Shown here: positions 24,872 through 38,637 of the stretch, in pieces
How the letters are laid out: each line of letters starts with the position of its first letter
Numbering within the stretch: position 1 is the stretch's first letter
Origin: Zootoca vivipara
Taxonomy: Eukaryota
Direction: 5' to 3'
Length of the DNA stretch: 64,000 bases
Assembly (NCBI RefSeq): GCF_963506605.1
Contig: NC_083281.1
Span: 53,568,001 to 53,632,000 of the forward strand
Position numbers and translations under genes: made by a program
Notes under the pieces: generated by a model
Databases searched by the model: none
What the model was told of the DNA's origin: nothing
What the model saw: only the letters and a program-made list of their open reading frames with translations

Positions 24872-26649
24872 GAATGATGCAAGTGTTTTTTAACTGAAAA
24901 ACAGAGGTTTGTGTTCGACAAATCCCTATTCAGGGTATAACTAAGGAAATTAATGAACCTATATTAGCCATGTCCATTAACTTATGTAGATCTACTGTGG
25001 GTATGACTAGCACTGTACGTTCTTCAAGACTCCTACCAATCAATATCTAGCTGCAGGTACCCACTCAACTATACCCCACCCCCAAAAAATGCATCACCAA
25101 AAAGAAGTCAGATGCATACAAATTACATATACAAATTTATATCTATAAATGCAAAGTTAGAAATAATTTTCTATTATTTAAATAGGAAGAACATTTACCA
25201 TCACAGAATAATGGAAAAGGCTGTCTTAGGGTAGCTGCCCAGACTGCTGCTGGAGGTGCTGCTAAACATTGATGGGCAACTTCAAGTATTCTGCTCTCCC
25301 TTTTGAGGTTCTTTATCTTGCAGCCTAAAGCACTGAAAATGCTTTGCAAACACATAAATCTTTACATGGTGCTAATATGATACAAGCGTTGATGCCCAAG
25401 CGTGCTTCCAAGGAGAGAACATCGCCTGGTAGAGGCTGGCATGGTGAGGCTCACCTGACCTCCCAACATCTCACCTGACCTCCCAAAATCTGAGTCATTG
25501 CTGTGAAGGAGAAGGAAAGAGGTGAAGCAGCAGCAGCTGGAATGGTGCAAAGACACTGGCAGGAGTAATGCATTGACACTGCCAATATATTTGTACCCTT
25601 CCTCCCTTCCACCCCACCACCACCGCTCCTTCTCTACTTTCCAGTAGGCACTCAGCTGTTGGGAAGTGAGGTGAGTGCCACAATCCTACCATATTGTCCA
25701 CTACTGCATCCCACAAACAGGGCACAACCTAAGAGAAGGCTGTTTCCTGTGTCACTACATTGTGCCTATGCTCGGCTCTGCACTTGGCCTCCTCCACCCC
25801 CTCAACATTGAGGGGGCATGCCTCCCTTCCAACAAATATTAAGGAGGCGGAAGACCCCTTGGCTTCCTGTGTTCTATGTTCCTATGACTGTGCTATAAGT
25901 ACCCCAATATCAAATTCCCTGTGCATTTTCTATGAAAGAATTCATTACAATATTTTGATTGAGAATGCCATTCCTTGTCAGTTAAAGCTTTGCATATGAT
26001 CCCACACCCCACTACATGTAAGGAATGTCAAGATTCATCAAATGCCTAAACTGGCTGCAATTCTCTCATGCTCTCAGCAAGCTCCATGACAGGCACTTAC
26101 CATTCATAGTTACCACAAAAGGAAACAAGCAATTTACTATTATTTAAGAAAAAAGAAATTGCCTGCTTAAACGATTGTTCTCCACCCAACACATCAAGAA
26201 GTGGATAGAAATATTTTTATCCTTTGACAGTCAGTGTTCTAGTTTACCTCTTAAGTGGAAAAAGAGCAACTAGACCTGAAGTGCATATAAGGCTGGAGTG
26301 CAGAACCTGATCAGACCAGCAATCCAGATCCTTATTTCCACTACTCATGGGCCAAATTTCACAGGTGAGCAGTGTCCCCCGCATGTAAACCACCTGGTGT
26401 CGCAGTTCCCATCATCCCTGACCACAGGCCCTGATAGCTAGGGATGATGGGAGTTGTAGTCCCAAAACATCTGGAAGGCCGAGTTTGCCTATGCCTACTG
26501 TACAGAATCCAGAAGAAAATACGGTAATTGAAAACTAACAACATTATAATCAATGTAGGTTCTCTATTTGTATGACAGGCATAAAACACTCAAAATATGT
26601 TTGTACTACAAAATATGTTTGTACTATAATGTGCACCTGTATGCATGTG

Positions 26650-26708
<59 letters not shown>
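26650..26708. repeat. (TA)n(GA)n microsatellite
   Basis: Directly visible. Confidence 0.95.
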
Positions 26709-26710
<2 letters not shown>

Positions 26711-27227
26711 ATTATTTGTCAGCACATCCTCCAAGCAGATACTTTTCTTTTATAGTCTGCCTGTTTATTTGCAACCTCCCATTTTACTTTCCGCCTGCAA
26801 GTCCTCCACAAATCAAATATCCTCCCACACATGCAGGAACTATCTGCATCCAAACATTTTCTTAAAACGAATAGAGGAGTTTGTTGGATGAAGTGAGCTG
26901 AAAGGCAGTTGAGAAACACTATCAACAGTGAGTCTTTTGAGGCAATGCTTGCCCGATATAGGATAAGCAATCCTATGAGAAACAAAACAAGGCTGTTATC
27001 TGAGGCAGATGGAATTCTCTCCAAAACCACAGAAACCTGTGAATAACCATTTGGCAAGGGGTAATGACTGAGATTCTAACCATGTCTACTTAGAAGTAAG
27101 TCTTGTTGAATTCAGTAGAGTTTACTTCCATGGAAGTGTTGCTAGGACTGGAACCTTACACCAGAGAAAAGAACCTGCTTGTAGCATATGCTCACAATTA
27201 ATGACATAGGTGCCTTGCACAAGATAA

Positions 27228-27596
27228 GGTAAAAGAACCTCTGGACGGTTAAGTTCATTCAAAGGCAACTATAGGGTGCAGCACTAATCTCACTTTTCAG
27301 GCTGAGGGAGCCAGCGTTTGTCCACAGACAGCTTTGTCCATCTGGCCAGCATGACTAAATCACTATTGGTGCACGGAGGACTGTGGCAAGTGCCAGAATG
27401 CACAGAAACACTGTTTACCTTCCCACTACGGTGGTGCCTATTTATCTACTTGCACTGCCGTGCTTTCAAACTGCTAGGTTGGCAGAAGCTAGGACGGAAC
27501 GGAAACTCGCCCCGTCACATGGATTCAAACTGCCAACCTTTCGATCGGCAAGCTCAAGGGGCTTGGTGGTTTAGACCACAATGCCACCCGGGTCCC
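27228..27596 (-). mobile_element. Sauria SINE, diverged variant
   Basis: Family sequence; 12-bp TSD TGCACAAGATAA (27216-27227, 27598-27609). Confidence 0.9.
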
Positions 27597-28195
27597 ATGC
27601 ACAAGATAAAATCCCTAGTGGTAGTATTGCCCACATACCCAGCATCATAGTAGGAAACTCCTAGGAGCTGAGGGGTGTTTGCCCCCCAAAAAATATTTGA
27701 GGGGGCCAGGACCTCCCAAAGTTGATGGGCATTGCCATTCAATGGCTGTGTGTTCACCACGTCATGTGATCAATTCTGTGGGGCAGGGTTTACCTGCCCC
27801 CCCATATTTTATTCACATTGGCATCCCTGCCCAGCATGCAGATGCCAGGCCAGGTAAATAATGGTCCCAGCTTTGTGAATCAGTATTCTTAGAATATCTG
27901 CAGCAGTATAAAACCTCTTTTTTCAAGTATAGGCCTAAGTCTAATGAGGAGGTAAGAGAGAAATCTGGGCAATACCATATTGACTTGAAGCCCAGCACCC
28001 AAAAAATAAAAGATATGAATCTTTCATAGCTACTTCATTCTGAAGGCGAGTTGAGGATTGTCATGATTAAGATAATAGGTAGGGTTATGTCTATGGGGAC
28101 CCAAGACCAGTCTACAAATGTCTACTACCCCTACATCAGACAGCAATATGAGGCAGACTGGCAGAATGCTTATCACTTGAAAGATGTCTCTAGGA

Positions 28196-28331
28196 CAGGC
28201 ATCCCCAAACTTCGGCCCTCCAGATGTTTTGGACTACAACTCCCATCTTCCCCGACCACTGTTCCTGTTAGCTAGGGATCATGGGATTTGTAGGCCAAAA
28301 CATCTGGAGGGCCGAAGTTTGGGGGTGCCTG
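28196..28331. mobile_element. Palindromic hAT (Charlie/MER5-like) MITE; decayed relatives near 6910, 17620, 26404, 30310, 43125 and 47445
   Basis: CAGGCATCCCCAAACTTCGGCCCTCCAGATGTTTTGG and its complement at the other end; perfect 8-bp TSD CTCTAGGA. Confidence 0.93.
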
Positions 28332-29394
28332 CTCTAGGAGATCACCAAGAATGGATGCTCTTCTACAACCATCCCACACTATGTGCCAGACAAGTGCAAC
28401 AATTAGCCAAATTAACTACAGCACAGCTGGATACAAAAAGCAGGATAGAGCAGGTGAAAAGTTGGCTCAGCTGACTAGACAAGTCAGGAGACTCCCAAGA
28501 AAATCCTATTTTTCCCCTTAAAGATCACTGGTGAATGCAGGACAAGTGGGTGGGATGCCACCCTGAACAAATTGGGGATGGTGTAGAGTCCACACTTTCC
28601 AGATCACAGATCCTCAAAATTTGCTCCCATATTATTGACAGCAATGGCAATCTTTGTATAAATGAGCTATAAGGCCCACTGATATGAAAGGAGTCTATGT
28701 GCACAAACTCATGGATGGATTCCACCAAAGCTGGATTTAGGGGAGCGCAACCAGTTTGGACGCACTGGGTGCTGTGTCTTGGGGGCACTGCAGGGAGTGC
28801 CACAACTATGATTTAGAATGGAGTGCACTGTGTGTTATGAAGCAACCCTAAAAATATCCAGCTTTTGCTATGGTAACCTACACCTTAGAAGATAGTTTTA
28901 ATTTTGGCCTAGAGAGGTCTCAATGGAGATACTCCATTACAGCAAGCCAGGCTCACATGTTCCAGGCAAGTTGAGTTTCAAGGGTATCTAGTAAATTCAT
29001 TGTCTCTTTTCACTAAATCTACACCATACCTCCCTTACAATTGCAATTAAATAATAAATGAAAGCGCATCACACTCTTTGTAGAAGTATTCAACCAATAT
29101 ATGGTCACCTACAGATCACTCCTTCCACACACCCCAAATTACTTGTTGGCATCAGTTTTAAATGGCCTGAGGTGCTTGCCAGTGGAATCCAAAAGATATA
29201 CTAATTATTTCTCCATCTCACCTGGAAAGCAGAATATTATTTTTCCAGAAGTGATTTCACAAACATTTTTTAGACAAACATTGTTTGGTTGGCACCATGT
29301 TAAAACCTTCAACACTAATTTGTCTCAGATTCATGATCTAGACTAGAGCATGAGACTTCATCTCAGGGTCTTGGGTTTGAGTCCCATGTTAGGC

Positions 29395-29460
29395 CTCCTG
29401 CATTGCAGGAGGCTGGACTAGATGACCCTCGTTGTCTTTTTCAACTCTACAATTCTATGA
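29395..29460 (+). mobile_element. CR1-type 3' tip
   Basis: cctgcattgcaggaggctggactagatgaccctc...caactctacaattctatga. Confidence 0.75.
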
Positions 29461-29484
29461 GGCGATATCAGGAAAATCCTCTGA

Positions 29485-29607
29485 GGACCTGCAGGGTACC
29501 ATTTTGTCCACCATGCTGTTTAACATCTTTTGAAGCTTTTGAGAGGAGTCATCCAAGGATTGGAGTGAAGTTCATCAGTTTCTGATGACACCCAGTTCTA
29601 TCTCTCC
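29485..29607 (+). mobile_element. Decayed L2-like LINE reverse transcriptase fragment
   Basis: QGTILSTMLFNI ... (A)DDTQFYLS remnants. Confidence 0.7.
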
Positions 29608-30105
29608 ATTGAATATGACATTTCTACACACACCATGATTTTAAAGAAGAGTTTTATTTTACCACTACCTCATATATTTTCATTACAACTCTGCAGAATT
29701 TGATACATTATTGACCTCACTGTTCCGATAGTTCCTCAGTAGACAAATTCAAGGAGCTGATTATGCAAAGGATGTTCAAACAGTGGAACAAAAGCACAGG
29801 ATGTTATACATTTTTTCTTAACAGCTGTTTTACCATAACCATATTTTATAACATTTGAGATTATCATCTATTTTACTAACTTTCAGTTTACCCTTTGGGC
29901 TAATTTGAGGTTGATCACAGTATTAGAGCCCTTTTAGTACAGGGTCTCAGAAAATATAGCACATTAAAATATGAATGTAAACCTAGAAAGTGAACACAGA
30001 GAATTTGGAGAGGTTTGCTAATTACACAAGGCAATTAAACACCAACTTAGTACTGCTAACTTGCTCTCTTATTGTACCAGACATTGCCTGATGCTAATGC
30101 TCATG

Positions 30106-30282
30106 CAGGGCAGTCTCGAACAGGTTGCGCGCCCTGGTGCTGAGGGGCGGAGATCGCTCCGTCACCCCTGTCCTCGCAGGGCGCAGCATGGTTTCTGCAC
30201 AGCTTCGCCGCCCGGCGCCCTGCCTACCGGCCTGGCGCCCTGGCGCACCGCGCCACCGGGGATCTACCTAGAGCCGGTCCTG
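30106..30282. mobile_element. GC-rich hAT MITE
   Basis: CAGGGCAG...CCGGTCCTG termini; perfect 8-bp TSD TGCTCATG (30098-30105, 30283-30290). Confidence 0.9.
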
Positions 30283-31040
30283 TGCTCATGCTTGCTGATA
30301 TTGTCTGTGGCAGAGGGGAGTTGTAGTCCCAAAACATATGGAGGGCACTGGGTTGGAAGAGGCTGACATAGACTCAAGCATACTGTATATGATACTCAAC
30401 CAGTTCTGTCCTCAGAAGCTGGAAGTCTTTGGAAGGAGCTCAGGGCAGTAGCAGTAAGTTTCAGAACCCCTCCTGCAAAGTTTTCTGCCATGCTGAAATA
30501 TCAACCAGAATACCTATTTTCCCAGTTTATGAACAGGACTAGGAAAGAGATTGGAGGGACTAATGAAGGGCACTAACACTTCTTTTCAGTGTTGGCTGTG
30601 TTCAATCAGTTTGCTATTAGGGTTTATATTAAACCATCCTATGTAGTATACAGAGTAAAGGATGGTTTCTTCTAATTTCTGTGGTGGAATGTAAATTTAT
30701 GAAATCATAGTGGCAGGCATGTTGCTTGTTCTCAGTCATCACTGGACTGTTTTTGGGACCCCCTCCTCCAGGGGTTGTTTCTGTTTTGAATTATTTCTGC
30801 AACCCTTGGGGTTCCTCCATGCCTAAGTATACCTACTCCTTCTGCTATTTTGGCTACAGAACAGAGGCAACAGGGTTCATAGTCCCTGTTACAGGGAGTT
30901 ACTAGGTGAATTAAACTCAAATTTCTACTCCCACTCATATTCCCATCATGTGGATGATCTTAATACAAAGGAGGACTGTGTCTTACTTAGACACTTTACC
31001 TGTGTGATGTAAAATGGGAGGGATTAATCTTGTCATGGCA

Positions 31041-31230
31041 AGGGCCATAACTCAGTGGTAGAGCCTCTGCTTTGCATGCAGAATGTCGCAGCTCCAATCC
31101 CTGGCATCTCCAGGTAGAGCTGGGAGAGAACCGTGACTGAAATCCTAGAAAGTGTCACTGTCAGCCAGTGTAGACAATACTGAGCCAGATGAACCAATTG
31201 CTTGACTTGGTATAAGGCAGCTTCCTGCAT
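31041..31230 (+). mobile_element. tRNA-derived SINE (tRNA-Ala-like head)
   Basis: gggccataactcagtggtagagc...tttgcatgcaga...caatccctggcatctcca, then body ending ggtataaggcagcttcct. Confidence 0.85.
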
Positions 31231-31322
31231 TTTCACCTCATTTGTACAAGAAAAACTCCTTTGATCTAGCTTCCATGTAGTAAAAAGATTGAGAAGGTGC
31301 TGCAAATAGTAATTCCTTGGAG

Positions 31323-31682
31323 GTACAGTGCAGTTCCAAATGCCCCAGAACTTGTATATAGCTGCTGCATAGCCCTCAAGCAATGAATATGTTGCACAAG
31401 CTATTTCATTTTTAGATAAGTGTGTAAAGTTATATGTGAGATAGAGGGCAACTGCATTAATCACGCTAGTGCTCCACACACAAAAATGCCTCTTTTCATT
31501 GAGATCTCAGCATTTTTATTTGTGGAGGGCTGGAGAGATTAATGCACTCCCCCTCAATCTCACTTACAACTTTGTGCACTTATCGAAAAATGAGATAGCT
31601 TGTACAACATCTTTGTTGCTTAAGGGCTTGCTTCGCAGCATATATAAGTTCTTCTCCAGTTCTGGGACATGCAGAACCGTAA
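31323..31682. repeat. Long imperfect palindrome (arms ~165 bp), probably an old MITE-like element
   Basis: For example atgttgcacaagctatttcatttttagataagtgtgtaaagttatatgtgagat pairs with atctcacttacaactttgtgcacttatcgaaaaatgagatagcttgtacaacat. Confidence 0.85.
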
Positions 31683-33228
31683 CATAACTTCAAGGCATGA
31701 AAGCTTCCAAATGTATCCTAACCTTTGCTGCACAAAAACCTTGACCAAAGTAAGGTATAAACTGACAATGTTTTTCTTTTCTCTCTTTTTTTAAAGCCAT
31801 TCGGGATTTTCTACCAGGAAATGGAAAGAATGAAAGAGAAAGAGATCCTGACAACTCAATGAAGACTAATTCTTGACTGCCAACAATATGTTTTTCATCT
31901 TAACATCTTCCTCCGCAACCAAACATTCTATAAAATATGAGAACACATCAAAGGTCTGGTCTCGGGGCTTCTCAAAATGACATTTTTTCTGTACTCCCCC
32001 TGTGCAAGGTTTACACAAGAGGTTAGATTATATCTGCTCTTCAAGGAGCATTAGTTCCGATTTGGTGGTTATATGACAAAGAATTCATTTGGGATCTTGG
32101 AGAATTTTAGAGGACATGGAAGTGGAAAAGGCCAATGACCATTTATTTACCCCATTTCTAGAATATAAATAAATTTGGTAGATTTGGTGCATAAGGACAA
32201 CAGACTGTTTTAATTTACTTGAACTGACCAAACCTTAATTTCTGATAAGTACTTCCTCCACAAGATTCCCCCACAAAAAACAGTTGCAGTTTGGAGACAC
32301 CCTAGTCTGTCATCCTGTTTCTAAACTTTGAAAGCAAACAGAGTTTGGCTCCAGTTTTGAAGGGACTATAGGGCAGAGTGCATTCTGTTGAGTCCCTTCC
32401 TCAGTACTGGGCCCTGGCAGGCTAACCTGCCAGAATTGAAGAGCAGTGAGCAGCAACAGGGCATCAAATGAGAGGAAGTTAGGTCTTGAATGGTACTGTG
32501 CCAGGGCCTTTGGTTGGTCAATCAAAATGGTGGCTAGGTGAAGCATTAGGTTAGAGCTCTGGGGGGGAGAGCATAAAGGACATCAGCAGTTTGATATCTC
32601 AGGTCATAGGGGCCCTGATAGTTGCTCAGTGATGCCAGCTATTGATGTTGTCTCTGAAAGCAACAGTCCTCCTTTGTTGTTGATCCTTTGCATCTACTTA
32701 TTTAAAAGTATACTCTGGCTGCATGCACATGGCATTATAATCTACATTCAATGCACACTGCAAGCCAGGGTTTTTTCCCCCCTACCTAGTCCACACACAA
32801 TCTGCACCTATTTCATATTTTATGCCATTGGAAAGTGCTTTTTCACAGTCTAATTTCATTTTCAAAATAAAAGCTCAATTCACATTGATTCTATATTACC
32901 CCACAATGTGCCATTTTAAAAAGAGATGAAAGTGATCCCAGCAATCCGGGGTAGGGGGGTGTATCCACATCTGCTCAATAAATGTGTTGGAGGATATGGA
33001 AAAGGCATGGGAAACCTCATTAACAGTAGGGTTTTCAAAGGCATATTGAGTGACCACACTCACTTTTGTAGACCCAGGATGTAGAATACATCTAGATTAA
33101 AAGCAGGACATTGAGGACAACTCTGAGTGATTCTAGTTTGGGCTCTAAGCAAGTAAGTATGTATTCAGCCTCTCTCTGAACCTGGAAGTTCTATGTAGTT
33201 ATCATAACTAATGCCTTTTAGTAGCTGC

Positions 33229-33440
33229 CAAGTAGATAAATAGGTACCGTTACAGCGGGAAGGTAAATGGTGTTTCCCTGGTCTGCTCTGGTTTGCCAGA
33301 AGCGGCTTTATCATGCTGACAACATGACCTGGAAGCTGTATGCTGGCTCCCTCGGCCAATAACACGAGATGAGCGCCGCAACCCCAGAATTGGTCACGAC
33401 TGGACCTAATGGTCAGGGGTCCCTTTACCTTTACCTTTAC
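33229..33440 (+). mobile_element. 5'-truncated Sauria SINE
   Basis: caagtagataaataggtaccg...ggtcaggggtccc(tttacc)n. Confidence 0.92.
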
Positions 33441-33486
33441 TCATTTAAAGGGCATTGCAAGTACAAATGGGAAGAAGGGTTGAAAC

Positions 33487-33973
33487 TATTATTATTATTT
33501 GCATACCACCGTCCATCCAAAGATCACATACAGTGGTACCTCTACTTACAAATTTAATGTGTTCCGAACGCACATTTGTAAGTCGAAATTTTTTTTAAGT
33601 CAAATCCCATAGGAATGCATTGGGAGAAAAAATTAGTAAGTCGAAGCAACCCTATCTAAAAATTCGTAAGTAGAAAAAATCCTTTCTAAACCGCATCCAA
33701 GATGGCGGACAAAGCTCCATTCGTAAGTAGAAACATTCGTAAGTAGAGTTATTCGTAAATAGAGGTACCAGTGTAGTAGTTCACAACATAGAAATACAAA
33801 TTGAGAAGACAAATAAATAATAATAAACCAATAACCCCCCCCCCAAAAAAAAACCATTTAAAAGGTCATAGAACGTTAATCAACCAAAGGTCTGGTTATA
33901 GAGAAATGTTTTTGCCTGGTACCTAAATATATGTAATGAAGGCACCAGGCAAGCCTCCCTGGGGAGAGCATTC
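33487..33973 (-). mobile_element. L2-like LINE 3' end, split by a Tigger MITE
   Basis: (ATT)n tail; gtttttgcctggtacctaaa...ggcaagcctccctggggagagcattc. Confidence 0.6.
33531..33773. mobile_element. Tc1/mariner (Tigger-like) MITE
   Basis: TA TSD; TIRs CAGTGGTACCTCTACTTAC and GTAAATAGAGGTACCAGTG; repeated TTCGTAAGTAGA subterminal motifs. Confidence 0.92.
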
Positions 33974-34850
33974 AAATTCCCCCTTTATTTCAACTTTAGC
34001 TACAATAAAATACCCTGTGGTGGTATTACAGTTGCTATTGTTACTGTAAAATAAATGTAGTAGTTTTCAGTTGGTTAAAAGCAGAGGGAGAAGAGCAGAA
34101 GTGGCAGCAATTGGGGGGGATGGACTGCGAAAGCGGTAACAGTCTCAGGTTTGAGCTTGAATCAAAGTAGTAGAATTGTTGTTTATACTGAACTGCTTTT
34201 TACAGCCATTCATAACCCAAGTAATTCAATGGGACATGCACCCACTGCTTAAGAACAGCTGTTCCGAAGTGAGGCTCACAGGGGAAAGAAGGAATAAAAT
34301 CTATCACTTTGAGCCTCTTTTGTGTATTAGGTTGGAAGTAGGACACACTGGAAATATTTCAGTGTGTGTGTGTGTGGGGAATGCTCTGTTCATGGTCTAT
34401 TTACACAGACACACCCTTTCTCACGTAGGCCTCTTTGCCCATAGCTCCACAAAGAAGGGGCAAGACTATAGGTACTACATCTTGATGGCTACATGCCCTC
34501 ACCAGGATAAGAGACAGCCTGCCTTTGAAGGCCAGTTGATGGAGAACTGTAGTGTGAGGGTACTATTGCCTTTGCATCTCACTTGTAGGCTTCCCAAAGG
34601 CATCTGGTCCACCTCTCAGAGAACAGATTGTTTGTTAGAATGCTGGTCAGTGTTCTAAAGTGTGCATAAAGCCTATACAAGTACAGTAGAAGATGATGGT
34701 TTATAAAATTGTAGTCATGGTGCCTATATGCTACCTGTCAGAGACTGCATGCCTTTGAATGTCAGTTGCTAGGATACAGTGAGAGAGGGCATTTGAGATG
34801 CATCTCTCTGGCTGCTAGTGGAAACAGGTGCCTGAACTTGATAGAGCTTA

Positions 34851-34998
34851 AGGGCTGTGGTTGAGTGGTAGAGCATCTGCCTTGCTTGCACAAGGCCCAA
34901 TCTCCAACTCCTGGGCAGCTGCTGCTAGTCAGTGAAGACAATAATGAACTACATGGACCAAAGGTCTAACTCGGTATGAGGCAGCTTCCTATGTTCCT
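34851..34998 (+). mobile_element. tRNA-derived SINE (same family as 31041)
   Basis: gagtggtagagcatctgcc...ctcggtatgaggcagcttcctatgttcct. Confidence 0.75.
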
Positions 34999-36464
34999 GT
35001 CTCCTAAGCCCTACCTTGGATACAAAGTGATGAACTTTATTAGCATTTTAGTCCAGTGTCCCAACCACTTGTTTGTTTTGTCTTCACATCCCCGAGCATC
35101 TTGGTCCATGTGAGTGTTTACAGTCTCTTGCCAAGAAGCTGGCAAAAAAATATCTCAACCCCAGGCCTTTGCTGTGTTTGCCTCGCTGTATAATTAAGGA
35201 GCTTAACATATTGAACCCATGTTTGGGTCATAGGAGCTGACATGGTGGTGGTGAAGGCCTTTGCCAATTTCCACAGAAGTGATTTAAAGGAGCAAAGACA
35301 TCAAACCTCCAAAAGCGCTTGTAATTGACAAGCCAGCCTAAACTTCTCTCCGAAAGCGCTCCTGGGCCCACTCCAGTTAGAAGGGAAGATGGCTTTGTAC
35401 AACCAATTGTACTGGCTGTCAGCAAAATGACAGTTCTGGCCTCTTACACTAATGTGTACGGCTATAGTTCTGGTTTTTTTTTAAAAAAATTGCAGTAGGG
35501 CAGTCTATTGTTTCCAGAAGCCTGACAGGATGCAACAGTGGCAATAAAGTGTCCGGGCTCTTTTCCAAGTAAACATTTATGAGCATCTCGCCTTGACAGC
35601 TTTATAGAAATTACTAAAAGTCACATTGTTGGCCAATTCCAAAAGAAAAACACACTCCAGTTAGTTAGAGACTTCTCACATTTGTGTGTGAGTGTAATGC
35701 ACCCTCCTGATGCACATGTGCATGATTTAGTAATTTTATTTCTCCATTCTTTTGCTTAAATAATATCCTCACACAAGCCCACCAGCTTGGCCTCGAGACT
35801 GTGGGTGCCCAGGGCAATGCATGCTGCATACATGCGTCTGACGTCAACATGCTGCTGGGAGCACACAGCTGACATCAGCACACTCCACAGCATGCTGGTG
35901 TTACACACACAACTGACTGTGATTTATGTCATCAGACCAGGATTCCTCAGGGGAAAGCCCCCTAGCAACTGAAACTTTGAGGAGGATATGGACCCAATAT
36001 GTGGATGTATCCAAGGAGGTGGATTCAATTCCTGTGGGCCCTGGAGTTCACTTTCCCACTATGAGCCCTTCTGTCCTGAAACCCTGGCCTACCTGGCAGC
36101 AAGTCCCCAGTCTAGGGTCAATCCACATGTCCAAAGTCCAGTCCACAGCACAGTCCCACAAAGATCCTGGAGCATGCAAGCTGAGGTCCAACAGGGACAG
36201 TTGAGCAGACACAGCACCTCAGCTCTGCTGCCCTTGTATGCTAATTGCAGCATCCAGGCTTGACAAGGCATGTGACCCTCACCTGTTCCAAGCCTGCTCC
36301 AGCTGAGGAATCACACACCTCCTCCCAGAGCTAGCAAGCCCCACCTGGCCAACTAGGGAGCTTGGCTGTGGTCCCTTGCCTGCCTTAGCCTCCTGGAGTG
36401 CCCCACCCGCTGCTCCCTGTGCCTCAGAGCCCAACATGTTTGTGGAGACAGGGACCCCTCTGGC

Positions 36465-36554
36465 CATAGCTGTCAAGTTCTCCCTTTTTTTAAGGGAAAT
36501 TCCCTTATGCTGAATAGGCTTCCTCGTGAGAAAAGGGAAAACTTGACAGCTATG
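36465..36554. mobile_element. 90-bp hAT micro-MITE
   Basis: TIRs CATAGCTGTCAAGTT and AACTTGACAGCTATG; perfect 8-bp TSD CCTCTGGC. Confidence 0.93.
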
Positions 36555-37681
36555 CCTCTGGCTCTGGTGACTGATCCTGCTGCTCTGGTCCTTGTGCATT
36601 GACCCCCATCCCTTCATCATCCTTTGTCACCCAATGAGTAGTTCCTACACCAGCTTCTCCTTCCCCATCACCAGCTTGCCCATGTCTGTTCCAATCCCGG
36701 CTACACCCCTCACCGGGATCCTCTTCCTCCTCTCTCTCCTCCCCATTTTTCTGCCAGTTCATGATACCTAAGGAGACACTTCTGACATCAGTCCTGATGC
36801 CTACTCCAAAGTCTCCTGAAACCACATGTCAATTTCCTCCATGGTGATAAGTTTTGCCTTGGTGTCCTGGGAAAGCAAAATTTTCTGACTTCTGCTTCCT
36901 TGGGCCACCACTCTCCGTCAGTGGTGGGCATCTCTACAAAATTAATCCACTAACTTTATACTCTAGCAGCAGCCTTAAGCAGAGGTCTAGCCAGCATTCG
37001 TATCTTTTTAAGAGGAGATGTTGAGGACTGGAATGGGAACTGTAGCTTGTCTGAGTTACAAGACCTCTATACTGCTGTTTGAAAAGTTAGTGGCAACACA
37101 CCCCTTACTCCTCTCTTGACTTTCAGAGCTTCTCATTCTGCTTTGCTGCTTCTCCATTCAAACAGTTAATTGATTAAATCCACTCAAGGACCTTACCATC
37201 CGCTCCCAGACACAACATCTTTCCTTTTAGTGTCTCTGGCTAATTATAGTTGGAAGAGGGGAAATAGATAAGTATGTAGCCGCATATCCTAAGTGGTGCA
37301 TCTGTGTAGAAGAATGCACACAAACAGATAATTAAACATCAACCAAATATCAATGGGATTATAGTGGCGTGTTGGAACAAATCTTGATGAATTTGCTTCA
37401 GCAGCACAAGTCTCCACCACAACACTATGATTGGAATATAAATGTAATCCATGTGTTCTGCAAAAAAGACTTTGCAGTCTAGCCAACAACTCATCATCCA
37501 GAGGAGCTAAACATATTGCTTTAGTCAACTATGGATTTGCAAATGTAAGTAAGAGATGGGGAAATGAAACAAACACTTTTATGTTCATCTACCATTTGCT
37601 CAGTGTTGATACATTGCTAGTTTTGACTAAACCCTTAAACAATTTAGAACCAGAGTAATTAAAGGGCCACCCACATCCTGC

Positions 37682-38106
37682 TAGTGATGGATAAATATCT
37701 ATGTTTTGGGTTCTCTGAGTTTCTTATTTTTCCCCAAACTTCAGTTCTCCACAGTTCCATACCACTTGGCAATAAAAAAAAATCTGCATGAAAATTCACC
37801 AGCATTTTTGTGGTAATTTATTCTGATATGCACATTGTTGCATGCAATATTGCTTAATATACTTTTTTGCAGTAATATAATGCATTATGTATGTTATTTT
37901 CACTAATGTATGCATTCCAATGCACATTTTTCAACTGTATATGCATTTTTGTACATTCCTTGGCTGGAGGAATGCATTACAAAATTAAGTGTGTTTCAAA
38001 TTTTGAAGTGTGGTTGTGTTTTGATTATCATATTGTTTCTGGGTAAGTCATGTAAACTGTCATGTAAACTGCCATGTAAACTGAATTAAATTGCTCCCCA
38101 TCCCTA
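37682..38106. mobile_element. AT-rich hAT-like MITE (TAGGGATG family)
   Basis: tagtgatgg...ccccatcccta; shared internal sequence. Confidence 0.65.
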
Positions 38107-38637
38107 TACCATGTATATACTGTAAGGGCATCTTCAAAGTTATATGCCCATTGGGGCAATGCAATTGGGTTGGTGAGTGCTTGGGAGAATGCCTTTTCTC
38201 CAGTGATCCAATGTTGAAGGAATTCTGTTTCAAATGACTTTTGCATAACCCCATCATTGCAAGGCTTCAAATGAGAATCAAAGATGCATTTGTTCCAAAT
38301 AGCTTTTTCTTCTTCTCGATAACAATATTTCACTGCTGTTAATAGCTCTGGTGCTGAATTATTTTATTCCTTTGAATGTTCTTCTACTAAGTAAGATGTT
38401 GCTATGCATTTGCTTGTTTTGTTTTGTAGCTTTTTTATTGTTATAGATTCTTTTGCTGTTTTCTATGCTGCACATACATGATTTATAGAAAGCTTTTTTT
38501 TAATTGTGATTATACATTTAGATGATTGAAACTGCCTTGTGATGATTTGGTCCTAAAAGGGTGTCATTAAAGAAGCCAATGGAGAAATACATGTACACAA
38601 TATCTTTTGCAAAGTACTTTGGAACTCTCATACATAC

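Larger units (their letters stand above)
9306..38637 (-). other. CDH8: 29.3-kb GT-AG intron of the cadherin gene; 38933-64000 and 1-9185 are also inferred to be intronic
   Basis: Bounded by the two exons above. No signal-peptide/GWVWNQ exon and no downstream DVNDNPP exon were spotted in the window. Confidence 0.88.

Noticed and set aside
31041-31112. Possible tRNA-Ala gene
   Set aside because: The T-loop/B-box is mutated and the sequence continues into a SINE body repeated elsewhere in the window.
35927-36790. Possible solo LTR (TGTCA...TGACA)
   Set aside because: No TSD or second copy; composition alone is insufficient.
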